From assembly GCA_907165135.1 (NCBI GenBank), contig OU015566.1:5208001-5272000 (forward strand): a DNA stretch of 64,000 nt, given 5' to 3'. This DNA comes from Oikopleura dioica (lineage: Eukaryota; Animalia; Chordata). Below are positions 12,925-22,741 of the stretch, one piece after another. Under the pieces are notes generated by a model. It had not been told where the DNA came from and did not search any database. It worked only from the letters and a program-made list of their open reading frames with translations. A program made the translations under genes and the position numbers. The number at the start of each line of letters is the position of its first letter. The stretch's first letter is position 1.

Positions 12925-14261
12925 TTATTCTTGTTTATTAAAGTACTCGACAGTTTGAGTGTACAGTTCTTTTTTGGATCTCTTTTTCTTCAAGTTCGAC
13001 TGGATGACAACTCTATCCTCATCTGACAATTGACTGTTCAAATAATCCAAAACATGTCCGCGAAATTGTCGAAGGGATGTCTTTTCGGGGAACATTGGCT
13101 TGACGAGTTGAACAAACTTTTCGAAGCATTGGTTTTCGTCGATCTACAACAAAATTTGCTACAATAAAAGAATGAGAATTGAAACCTCGTTATCGGCTGA
13201 AGGCCACAATTTATTTTCGCCGATTATAGCATGAAAAACGGCTACTTTTGTTCGTTTCGCCTCGCTTTCTTTGATTTCTTCGAGTTTTTTCGCCACAGAC
13301 TCGATTCGTAAAGACCGCCGTCTTTCCGTGTTCTTTGCCTCTTTCAAAGAGGCATTCGCGAATATCTTCGAGAGTTTTTCTTCAAAATCGGTCTGACGTT
13401 GCCAGAAAGTGAAGGTCATGTTGAACCGAGTCATGACGGTGGTCTCGAATTTCTTCGTATCCATGTTGAATTTCCGAGAGAAGAGATCTTTAGCACTTCC
13501 AAATGAACGTTCGCAGTCCTTATAAATGTTATTGACAGTCTCAATTTGTTAATCGAACCTGATTCGTGAAAGTGATCTCCTTCGTAAAAGGAAAGGAACA
13601 GTCGATTGAAAATTTGTTGAACCGCTCATCGACAGCCGCAAGACGAAGTTTTATGCAATCATCGAGATATTTTGACGTGTTCTTGTCGGCTGACAGTTGC
13701 TTAACGGCCTCTTCAAAGCCTAATTCCCACACAGCTTCGGTTTTTTTGGCTTCTTCGAGAAGAAATAATGCTGGTGAAGCGCAATCGGCAACATGTTGAA
13801 GAATCGTTTTGAAGTGTTCTTCAAGGCCCAAGTAATCTTCTGATGACAATAATCCAGAAACACGGCTCCAATAAGGAGCCACTAGTACGCTGTAAACCAA
13901 TGCGGAACTGCCGAGCTCACAAACAGCTTTTTCTTGGTTGTCTTCAAGAACTTTGGCATCGTCTTCGAGTTCGAGTTCGAAACGAACAAAATTGATGATG
14001 CTTCATCTCAAGATCCACCTCATCATCGATAGAGAACGTCAGAAGTTTTTTCGCGAGAGTGCGGGTGTTTCGCTGAAGATATTCTTGCGAGCCGAAGCCG
14101 TGCATGAGAAGTTTTCGGGCCAGTTTCGTGCTTTTTGGCTCGTTCTCTTTAGCACTCCTTTTGTTTTTCGTCAAGACTGACAGATGAGAAACAGGAACAC
14201 CAGCACGATTTGCAAGTTCGACAATTCTGATAGTCACAGTGACAACAGACGAAGCGGACAT
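12925..14261 (-). pseudogene. Spliced, disrupted transposase-like gene (~430 aa), probably the central/C-terminal part of a hAT-like transposase
   Basis: ORF pieces 14261-13944, 13900-13541, 13464-13159 and a last exon (tag|IDENQCFEKF...NKQE*); DCERSFGSAKDLFSRKFNM...VMTRFN resembles the hAT dimerisation-region ERxF motif; lies inside a TIR/8-bp-TSD element; stop/frameshift near 13945. Confidence 0.5.
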
Positions 14262-14424
14262 TTCAACAAAGATCGAGATTTCTGAAAAAGTTCCCGTTAA
14301 TTCTTTTTCCCAAAAAAAATCTGAATGAACAAAAAAGGAATAGAATCTAAACAAAAAAAAAAATAATTCGTACAAAAAATGATTAAGATTAAAAATTATT
14401 TGTGAATTGAAGGAATGAAGTCTT

Positions 14425-14662
14425 CGTGTCGGTATACAAAGATTGCTTGAAAAAAAAATTCACTATGCAATATTCCTTGATATAAGTCGTCGGTTCCATG
14501 TGTATAAGTCTACAGAGATTGCTTTTAAAATAATTTTTAAAATAAGCAATATTCCTTGAGAAGAGTCGTCGGTTCCATGTCCAGAAGTCTGAAGTGATTG
14601 CTTGAAAAATAATTTCTAAAATGAGCAATATTCCTGGATAACAGTCGTCGGTTCCATGTGTA
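14425..14662. repeat. Tandem repeat, 79-bp period, ~3 copies
   Basis: GCAATATTCCT...GTCGTCGGTTCCATGT at 14467, 14546 and 14625. Confidence 0.85.
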
Positions 14663-14942
14663 CGTCGAGTAAAGTAATAATTTTCACAATGCCTATTCGG
14701 TTTCGGACTCGATAATTGAATTCACATTATCCTTTTGTTTAAAGAAACTGATAATATAAATATCAAAAATCACTACAGTCTTACTACCTTAGCCATAGAA
14801 TCATATGATTCCTTTTTCGAAAACTTCTATTTTTCATTTACTAAAAAATGACCTTAGAATAAGACCTTAGAATATTGTGAACAATCATAGGAATTATTAA
14901 AATCATTTTAAAGTAATTAAAAAAAGAAAAATTCGAAAATTT

Positions 14943-15612
14943 GGCATGACCCGTCTCCTTATTTCCACTTTTACCCCGACAGCCCGTGTGCCAGGCAGCC
15001 CCCTAGTCCCACCAGTGCTCCCCGTAGTTTCCCCATTCGGGTTCGCCCGGCGCAAGGCTGTTAAGCCAAGGGCCAGGTGGGCCTTGATTTCGCCCTAGGC
15101 AAAACCAAGTCCCTCGATCCCGGGGACGGGTTGGGGCGCGCCGGGAGTCACCCGTGCTGGTGGGTGGACTGCTCTCTTCTGGCACACCAGGAGGGGCAAA
15201 GCCCCCTGGCTTGCTTGGGCCCCCTGCCCGTAGATCCGGATGAGGCAGGGGAACGGTCGGGGTGGCAGGGGGCACTGCCCTTATGAGGCTCGGGTTGTGG
15301 GATAATAATCCCGCCTCAGGCAAGTGCCCCGGCCGGTGGGATCCTAAGGGCTCGGGCTCTGCCGCTGGCCTAAAGAGACCAGCACTCCTTGCTCAAGGGA
15401 GCTGCAGGCTTGCTCTACAGCGGTCCGGTCACCGCGGCTTCAGGGGGCATCCCCAGACCCACCACTTAAACCCCCTCGCGGTGCTAGGGCCGGGCTGGTT
15501 CGACGAAACCATCCCTGGTGGGTTTCTGGGGAATTGGGGCTCGGCGACGGAACTGGCCGGCGCCCGCCCCCATCTTACCATTAGTTCTAGGGGAAGGGGG
15601 ACCAGCTTCTTT
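14943..15612. ncRNA. Candidate large structured RNA / GC-rich fold-back module of unknown class
   Basis: Sharply GC-rich block in AT-rich flanks, with many perfect or near-perfect helices (GTGTGCCAG/CTGGCACAC, CCCGGCGC/GCGCCGGG, GGGGC-AAA-GCCCC, ACCCACCA/TGGTGGGT). No convincing ORF. Transcription not shown. Confidence 0.45.
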
Positions 15613-15945
15613 AAAATTTTAAATAAATTTAAAATAAAAAACTGGCCATGCTAAAGGAGGCCGGGCGGCACTGAACACCGGCAAAATTTGCCAGCGTGGC
15701 AGTGGACCACCTAGAAAAAAGCGCAAAAATGCGCTGTCTGTCCGCCAGAGTTCGAAATCTGGTAGAAAATCCGTGCTCCTGCTCCACCAACGTGGAAAAA
15801 GCCTGCTCCCTGCTGCTTTTTGTGGCAAGTTTTATTAAAAAGTATTTTTATTTATCAATAATGAAAATTTTTTAATAAAAATTTCATAAAAACTTTAAAT
15901 TTCATTAATTTTAAATAAAAATGTTTTATTTTCCTCCACCTCCAA

Positions 15946-16027
15946 GTCTGGATGGCTTGGTGGTGAGGGCGATCGACCACCAAGGTGGAGGTTTTGGGTT
16001 CGATTCCCGGCGCCGCCGACTTTTTTT
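15946..16027 (+). ncRNA. tRNA-like Pol III unit (degenerate; not a functional tRNA)
   Basis: A-box-like TGGCTTGGTGG, B-box GGTTCGATTCCC, intact T arm, mismatched anticodon arm (CCA in loop), poor acceptor stem, T7 terminator. Confidence 0.5.
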
Positions 16028-17611
16028 CAGCTCGACCCTTCAATTTTTGAGGGCTTAAAAACTGCCTTCCGCTACCGACAGGGTATGACTTTCAATATAA
16101 AAAAAGTTTACTTTGATGTAAACTTTCATATAAAATTGAAAAAGGGTTGAAATAGACCACTCACTTTTTTTGGCCTACCCTAGTTCGCAATGAAAAATTT
16201 TTGGCTACAAAAATGGCCTCAAAATTGTTTTTTATTGAAAATTGGAATAGAAACTTCATCATTCTGAATCTAAATTTAAAAATAAAATTGAAAAAATTAT
16301 ATATGGATGTATATGGATCAGTCTGATTTGCGAAGAGATGAAATAAGGCGTCCTTTACAATCCTTCTTTAAAAGGAATTGTTATGGCACCACTGATGAGG
16401 CTGACACAGGGTGAGACTTGATACTGATAGGTGAATAATTAAAATTGCTTTTTCGAAGTGAATATGTATGTGTATCATCCTGATCTTTTAAGGGATGAAT
16501 AAGAGTGCACTTATCAAAAATTAAACAAAAAGAATAGTTCTGGCATCACTGATCATGCGGACACAGCCTGTGTCGAGAATCTGATAAGTGCGATATTGAA
16601 CATGCTTTTTACGAATTGAATATGTATCTATATCATCTCTCGTGGGATGAATGGGGGCGTATAAATCGACACTTTCATAGAAGGAATAGTTTTGTCATCA
16701 TTAACAACCCGACACAAAGTTTTGATGACTGAAATGTTGAGATTAATTTAAGAATAATTCAAGGAAAATGCTATAAATAAAAATAATGACGAAAAATTCT
16801 CGTGGCCTCCTTTTTAATTGTCATCAAATTTTCTTGTATTATTTTTAATAATTTAAATATTTTATGAAAATTTTATAAAAAAATATCTTCAAAATTAAGA
16901 ATTATTGGAAAATATTAATTTATAGTTATAAAATTTTATTATTTTTTATTTTAATATTTATTAAATTTAATAAATGCAAGAAGATAAATTATTTTAATGT
17001 ATTAAATTTTTACATAAAAATAAAAAAATATATAATTATTATTTATTAAATTTATTTTATTTAAATATTTATTTAAAAAATCGTAAGAGCACACTCTTGC
17101 TTGAAACTCAAAAGTTGGAGCTTCGAGCTTGCCTGAGCCAACAGCGCCACCATCGCCAAGCGCTCAGCGCTTTTTGGTTTGACTACGTCATGCTGACGTC
17201 GTAAAAATAGCGATTTTTCTACCGCCCGTTATTCATCAACGAAAAAGATATATAAAATCTGATTTCAGATTTGAAATCAGGAAAGCCTAATTTATATAAA
17301 AATTAAATATAATTTTATAAAATCATTAAAATAAACCCCCAATTTTTCATTGCGAACCCTAGTCGATATGCGGGCAGGGGTTAAAGAGTTTTCTGAAATT
17401 TACTGTGTAATTTTTTAAAATCGTAGGGGAGCGGTCAATTTTGAATGAAAATTGACGGAGAAAGCCACTAGCGTCAAATTTACGAAAATCCTCCGTTTCT
17501 CATTTCGGCGCAGCGCTCTCGAGTTCGCGAAAAAGAAGCGCGCTTTGATTGGTCGCCGATTTACGGTCTTCGATTTTCGAAGGCGAAAATTTCCACAAGC
17601 GAAGCGAGAGA

Positions 17612-17979
17612 ATGTCGTATCAAAACGCTCCTTACTATTCTGACAAATACACTGACGAGAAGTTCGAATACAGACACGTTCACATTCCCAAAGAGTGGGT
17701 TCGGTGAGTTTATTTGCGATTGAAATTTTCGCGAGGAAAGTGTTCAGACGACTGCCTAAAGAACGAACCATGTCGGAAACAGAGTGGCGAGAGCTGGGTG
17801 TACAGCAGAGCCAGGTAAAGTTAAAAAGTGTTTTTGTATGCTTGAAGAATTTCGAAAATGCCGCGATTATTATTTATGACTCATAAATTATGAGTGACCA
17901 ATTTTAGGGTTGGGTGCACTACATGATTCACGATCCGGAGCCACACATTTTGCTCTTCCGGCGGCTAAAGCCCTGCTAA
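17612..17979 (+). CDS. CKS1: Cyclin-dependent kinases regulatory subunit (CKS1/Suc1), 3 exons
   Basis: YYSDKYTDEKFEYRHVHIPK / MSETEWRELGVQQSQ / GWVHYMIHDPEPHILLFRR; GT-AG introns 17704-17747 and 17815-17907. Confidence 0.95.
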
Positions 17980-18167
17980 AAGAAGCCTTCCAACTCTCGA
18001 AGAATCATCTCACTGTCACCACTTTTCGCTTTCCTCCTTTTCCAGTCAGTCAACACAGCCTTCGTTATTCCTTTTATCGAATCAAGAATTCTTACTCATT
18101 CAACTTAAAATTATTCGGAACAAATTATTCCTCTTATAAATGGCCGCTTATCAAAAAACTCAGTTAA

Positions 18168-18717
18168 CCGCTTGGGACGAATTGATCATTTTGATGTCGT
18201 TTAAGACTTTGAATGCCCGTTATTACTAAACCGCATATCCAAAAGTCTCAAAATTGAAATGTATCTTAATTCATCCCTTTTTACCATTTTGTGCAAATAT
18301 GGAGTCATTATCACGTTTCAGTTCCACCTGACAGCGGATTAAAGTGGGCTTACTCGAGCGCCCGCTGAGATTTTTACTGTCAAATCGAACCAATTTGTCC
18401 GTTTTAGTTATTCTGAAATCTAAAAGTATATTTTCGATGACGCTTATTCTTATGAGATAGTTTTTGGTCAAATTAAGATTCATTTTTGATGATTGAAAAT
18501 TTTAATTTTGTGAATGAACCTATACTTATTTAAATTTCAAACAGTTCAAATTGCTAAATTTAATAGAATAGAGAAATAGAACATATGCCTTTTAGTATTC
18601 TCTGAAAATTTGAGAAAAATCGGATTACCCGATCGAGAGTTATTGCAGTTTTCGCTTAAACGACATCAAAATGATCAATTCGTCCCGCGCTCATACGCGG
18701 GGATTCGTCCCACGCGG
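18168..18717. mobile_element. piggyBac-like MITE (550 bp)
   Basis: TTAA TSD; TIR CCGC(T/G)TGGGACGAAT; internal inverted repeat GGGACGAATTGATCATTTTGATGTCG; the empty site is visible in the copy at 10396-10630. Confidence 0.88.
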
Positions 18718-19140
18718 TTAATGTTCGAAGATTAAATTTTCTTCTTTTAGAAACAAAAATAAACTGGCTTCTATCCAAAATCTTCGAGATTCGCCGCGAT
18801 TTTTATTGAAAAACGGGCGATAAATCGACAATAGCGAAAAATAAAGAGGAAAAATGAAAATATCGGGGATTCTCTTCCTCGTTTCCTCTGTTTTCACGAA
18901 AAAACTCCAATTCGCACCTTCCGGACCTTTTCATGAAAAATGCCAGGTTATTTTATGGATTGAAATTTACTTGAGCTGGTTCTGCGCTTAAGCAACCTGT
19001 GTAGAAAAATTAAGTCAGGGTTTGAAAGATCTTCAATGCCGTTAAGCGGTTTTTTAAAGAAGAAAGCCTGTGGTTTTCTAGTCAGGTTGCCGAGCTTATA
19101 TCTGGATAAACCTATTCGATAGCCTTTAAGAGCGTTTCAG

Positions 19141-21343
19141 GCTGGATCGTATCCTGAAAAGCGGGTTCTGTGGCGCCCCAAATCGGCAGAAATTAATCTC
19201 GATCTGGCCCCGATTGAGCGCTGGAGCGAACTAGCGAAGACTTACTCGAAGGAGCTCCATGCGGCGGTCAATGACGTCGTCGTTCTCGCCGACAAGATCG
19301 ACGCGAAAATCGTCCCCTTCGTCCGTGAGAAGCTTCCCGAGCTGGCCGAGACGCTTCCACAGAATTACGTCGACGAGATGAGCAGTCTTTCGCAGGGAGC
19401 TGGCCTTCCTTTCGGGGACATCGTCCTTTTCAACATTTTCTACGAAGCCTTTTCTGCCTGCACCAGTGTCGTAGCGAAGAACGGAAGCGGCGGAGTCCAC
19501 CACGCGAGAAACATGGATTTCGGTCTCTTTCTGGGTTTCGACTTCAAAAACATGACCTGGTCACTAACCGAGGCTCTCAGACCTAGGTAAAATAATAAAA
19601 CCCCAGCATTCATCAATATGAATCTGCAAAGATTAAAAAATAGCTGTTCGAAACTATTGAAATTGCTTAAGTCTTATCCATTTGGATTTCCTGAAAAATG
19701 GCGAACTCCAATTTTCGTCTGCCTCATTCATCGGCTACGTAGGAATCTTCACCGCCGTGAAAAAACAAAAGTTCTCCTTGACGATCAACGAGCGATTCAA
19801 TATAGATGGCGGCTGGGTGGGCATCCTTGAGTGGATTCTTGGAAAACACTCGGCGAACTGGCTCGGCTTCCTCACTCGAGATCTTTTTGAGAAATGCGAC
19901 GACTTCCGATGCGCGCAAGATCTTCTGAAGACAGCGGAAATGGTTTCGCCAGTTTATTTCGTTCTCGCCAGTGGAGAACGCCCCGTAAGTAAAGAAATCG
20001 AGCACGCTTTTTAGTTTCTTCTCTTTGGCTTGGCAACCTGTGTACTTATCCGGAGTCAGTCTGAAAGAGGGAAACTGAAAGGCCGCCTGCTAGGTTCAAC
20101 AAAATCGCCCGAAACCAAGATCGGGTTTTATCGGGTTTTTAGAGGCCTGAAAAATCGGATCGGGTTTTGTTGGATTTTATCGGGTTTTTGTCGGGTCGGA
20201 AATCGGGTTTTTATCGGGTTTTTGTCGGATTTTCGTCGGGTTTATTACAAGCAAAAATTAAAAATCAAGGTAAAAGAAGGTCAAAACCTTATCTATAAGA
20301 GCTCGTCCTCTGCCTTTTCCCGGTTCTGGAGGCAGTTCTCATTTATTTCGATTGCATTTTGAGTACAAAAGGGCAAGAGAGGCTATTTAGACAGACTGTG
20401 ATTGGCTGAAAAGGCAAGAAAACCCCGACGAATTTCCGACAAAATCCGACAAAAACCCGATCCTACGTCGGGTTTTGAAATTTTCAGGATCGGGTTTTGT
20501 AGGGTGAAAAATACCCGACAAAACCCGATAAATATCCGATCCGATATCGGGTTTTCCGGGCATCGGATTTCGATTTGTTGAACCTAGGCCGCCTGGCGGC
20601 TTTCTCAAAGTCCAAGTCGCGTAGCGGCCCTGTCAGAATCTCAAAATGAATTGAAAACCTAATTTTGGCAAAAATTAAGTTTCTAAGAACTGTTCTACAC
20701 CACTACGCGTAATTCTACCTTTTAAGTCCTAAATCAGGTTTTAGAGTCAGGTTGCCAAGGCTTGGCCCAAGCCAGAGACGGGGCCCCGTCAAGGGACTGT
20801 CTGTGTTGAAATCTATGTTGAAAATTTGAGCTAGCTATCTTTTTTGATATTTATTTTTATTCTGCAGGAGCCGCAAGCTCTTCAGAACCCTAAGGTTTTC
20901 CGAGAGGACTCAGCTTGCCGAGCGCGGTAACTGAACTGCCTTTTAGCTTGGAGAAATAATCGTGCGGGACCGAGAAGACGTATCCCAAACGGTCAAAATC
21001 GGCGAAGAAAGCGATCCTTCCAAATCGAGCAGCTGGTTCCTCCTTCAAACCAACTACGATCCTTCTCAAGAGCCGCCATTTTTCGACGATCGCCGTCACC
21101 CCGCGCTCAAGGTTTCGCTCTTCATTCATTTCCTTTCAAAGATTTTAATTTCAGTGCATTTCCGAGCTTTCTTCCGAAAATGCCTCTGGCGAAAATTTCA
21201 TTACGAAAGAAGCGCTTTTCGACGTTTTGTCAACTAAGCCCAGTTTAAACATGTTGACTGTTTACACGAGTCTGATCGACATTCAAGAAGGGAGCATCGA
21301 GTCTTTCGTGCGAGAATGCCCCTTTCCCTGCACTCCTTGGTGA
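19141..21343 (+). CDS. ASAH1: Acid ceramidase (first exon/start not resolved)
   Basis: INLDLAPIERW, FNIFYEAFSA-CTSVVA (N-terminal nucleophile Cys of the beta chain), HARNMDFG, QTNYD, STKPSLNMLTVYT, CPFPCTPW*. Confidence 0.92.
20024..20764. mobile_element. Degenerate MITE family 1 copy in an ASAH1 intron, hosting a second MITE
   Basis: GGCTTGGCAACCTG ... CAGGTTGCCAAGGC ends; no clear TSD. Confidence 0.6.
20090..20587. mobile_element. MITE with 8-bp TSD and subterminal ATCGGGTTTT repeats (hAT-like)
   Basis: TIR CTAGGTTCAACAAA; TSD GCCGCCTG at 20082-20089 / 20588-20595. Confidence 0.88.
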
Positions 21344-21381
21344 TATCACTCATTTCCATCCTATAAGTTATAGTCTATAAC

Positions 21382-22553
21382 TAGGGTTTCTATCGGGAAG
21401 GCGGCGCGCGGCGCGGCGCTTTTCCTATAAAATGTTCGATCCCTTATTCCTTACTTTGAATAGATTTTCAGTAAAAAACATTTTGATATAGTCATTTTGA
21501 TGACGCTGATTCATAATTTGCCCTTAAAATTTGCATTTTTTGTCGAAAAAGCGAAGAAATCCCTTCAATTTGCGGGAAAATCACTCTTAATACGTCTAAA
21601 TAAAGTTTTAAAACTCTGATTTTTTGATATGTCAAAGAACTGACGTTTTTCTTTAGTCTATCAAAATTTCGTAAGGGGGGGACACAAGGAACCAACCGAA
21701 ACCAGCGGAAGAATGGGTAGAACTGACGGCGCGCTAGTGCATTACGCGGTGAAAGCGCTGCAAAAATGAGTTTTTCTTCCTTTTCAGTATCTAAATAAAC
21801 TCGTAGAACTCTGATTTTCATATATTTTGTTAAACAAAGCGCACTTGATATTCTGTTAAATTTTCATGAGGGGGCAAAAAGCGGAACCTTCCAAAACCAC
21901 CGGATGACTGAGAGTGATGCCCCGGGCGCGCGCTAACTAGGGCTCTTTCCATGCGCTCGGACTCTGTTGACATTGCTCCCCGTGTTAGGTTCGAACCTTT
22001 TTGCATAAGGTGACAAAACCTAGTGGTTCGATATGAAATCTAGGGATTTCCGGAACTCATTACATTTGTACTATGTAAATTATGAAATTAACACTTCCTG
22101 AAGTCGAACAAAAACTTGTCGAGCATGGAATTGCTTCTCAAGAAGAGATTGACAGATCTAAAGAGACTCGTCACTATGGACAGAAAAAATGAAAGATTCT
22201 CCGACGATTTAGATCCCAGCTCGACCCACTCCACTTTCGAAGAGGAAACTTTCATAAATTTTCATATTCATATGTTTTTTTCTGCTAAATAACTTCAATA
22301 TCGATAAAAATAAACAAGCCATCCTAAATCTCCATCAAAAATTACCCATAGATATGAAATTTCCCCAAAAAAGCATGAATTTTGGTGATTTACTCCAAGC
22401 GAACCAAGGGCGCGCGCCCCTCCGTGCGAGCACCACCACGCGTGGCTCTTATCATTTTTTAAATGGCAGATTCGTTATCAGCACAAAAAACTGATATAAA
22501 CACATAAATTTCAAGAAAAAAGACCGAGTTCTATTTTCCCGATAGAAACCCTA
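21382..22553. mobile_element. hAT-type non-autonomous element (1.17 kb)
   Basis: TIR TAGGGTTTCTATCGGGAA; 8-bp TSD TCTATAAC. Confidence 0.9.
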
Positions 22554-22741
22554 TCTATAACTCATTCAAAAAAAAACAAAACTACCAGATGTCCACTTCT
22601 AAAAAAATATATTTCCGAAACTCCGGCGACTTCTTTCGCAGTAGCTGTTTTCCTCTCTCCTGTGTTTACTTGTTCTCCTCTTTTCTTCAGATCTCCACTT
22701 CAGTTCCAAATAAATATATCGACGTTGACAAATATTCAAGA

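Larger units (their letters stand above)
12286..16182. mobile_element. hAT-type DNA transposon (3.9 kb) with a transposase-like remnant, a GC-rich structured module and tRNA-like sequence
   Basis: Perfect 19-bp TIR TAGGGTAGGCCAAAAAAAG; perfect 8-bp TSD GTTCGCAA (12278-12285 / 16183-16190); imperfect subterminal inverted repeat (CGGTAGCGGAAG) at ~12535 and ~16070. Confidence 0.88.
11390..17380. mobile_element. piggyBac-like non-autonomous element (~6.0 kb) carrying nested insertions
   Basis: TTAA on both sides; 13-bp TIR CCCCTGCCCGCAT; 19-bp subterminal repeat CCCCTGCCCGCATATCGAC at 11417 matching the right end. No piggyBac transposase seen. Confidence 0.8.
11238..17438. mobile_element. Tc1/mariner-type MITE split by the 6-kb piggyBac-like insertion (parts 11238-~11380 and ~17385-17438)
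   Basis: TA|CAGTGATATGAGCGGTTTCCGCACCCCTA start; both parts match the intact copy at 60041-60259; right TIR truncated. Confidence 0.75.

Noticed and set aside
15465-15520. HDV-like ribozyme (ACC-CCCTCGC-GGT resembles P3/L3)
   Set aside because: No J4/2 catalytic C and P2 does not abut P3; the topology fails.
15003-15654. Pro/Gly-rich ORFs in the GC island
   Set aside because: Overlapping ORFs on both strands with composition-driven residues and no motif; typical GC shadow frames.
15946-16020. Functional tRNA-Trp priming the gypsy element
   Set aside because: The acceptor stem is mostly mismatched and the 3' end is not complementary to the PBS.
16390-16420. Hammerhead core (CTGATGAG)
   Set aside because: No correctly placed GAAA or supporting stems.
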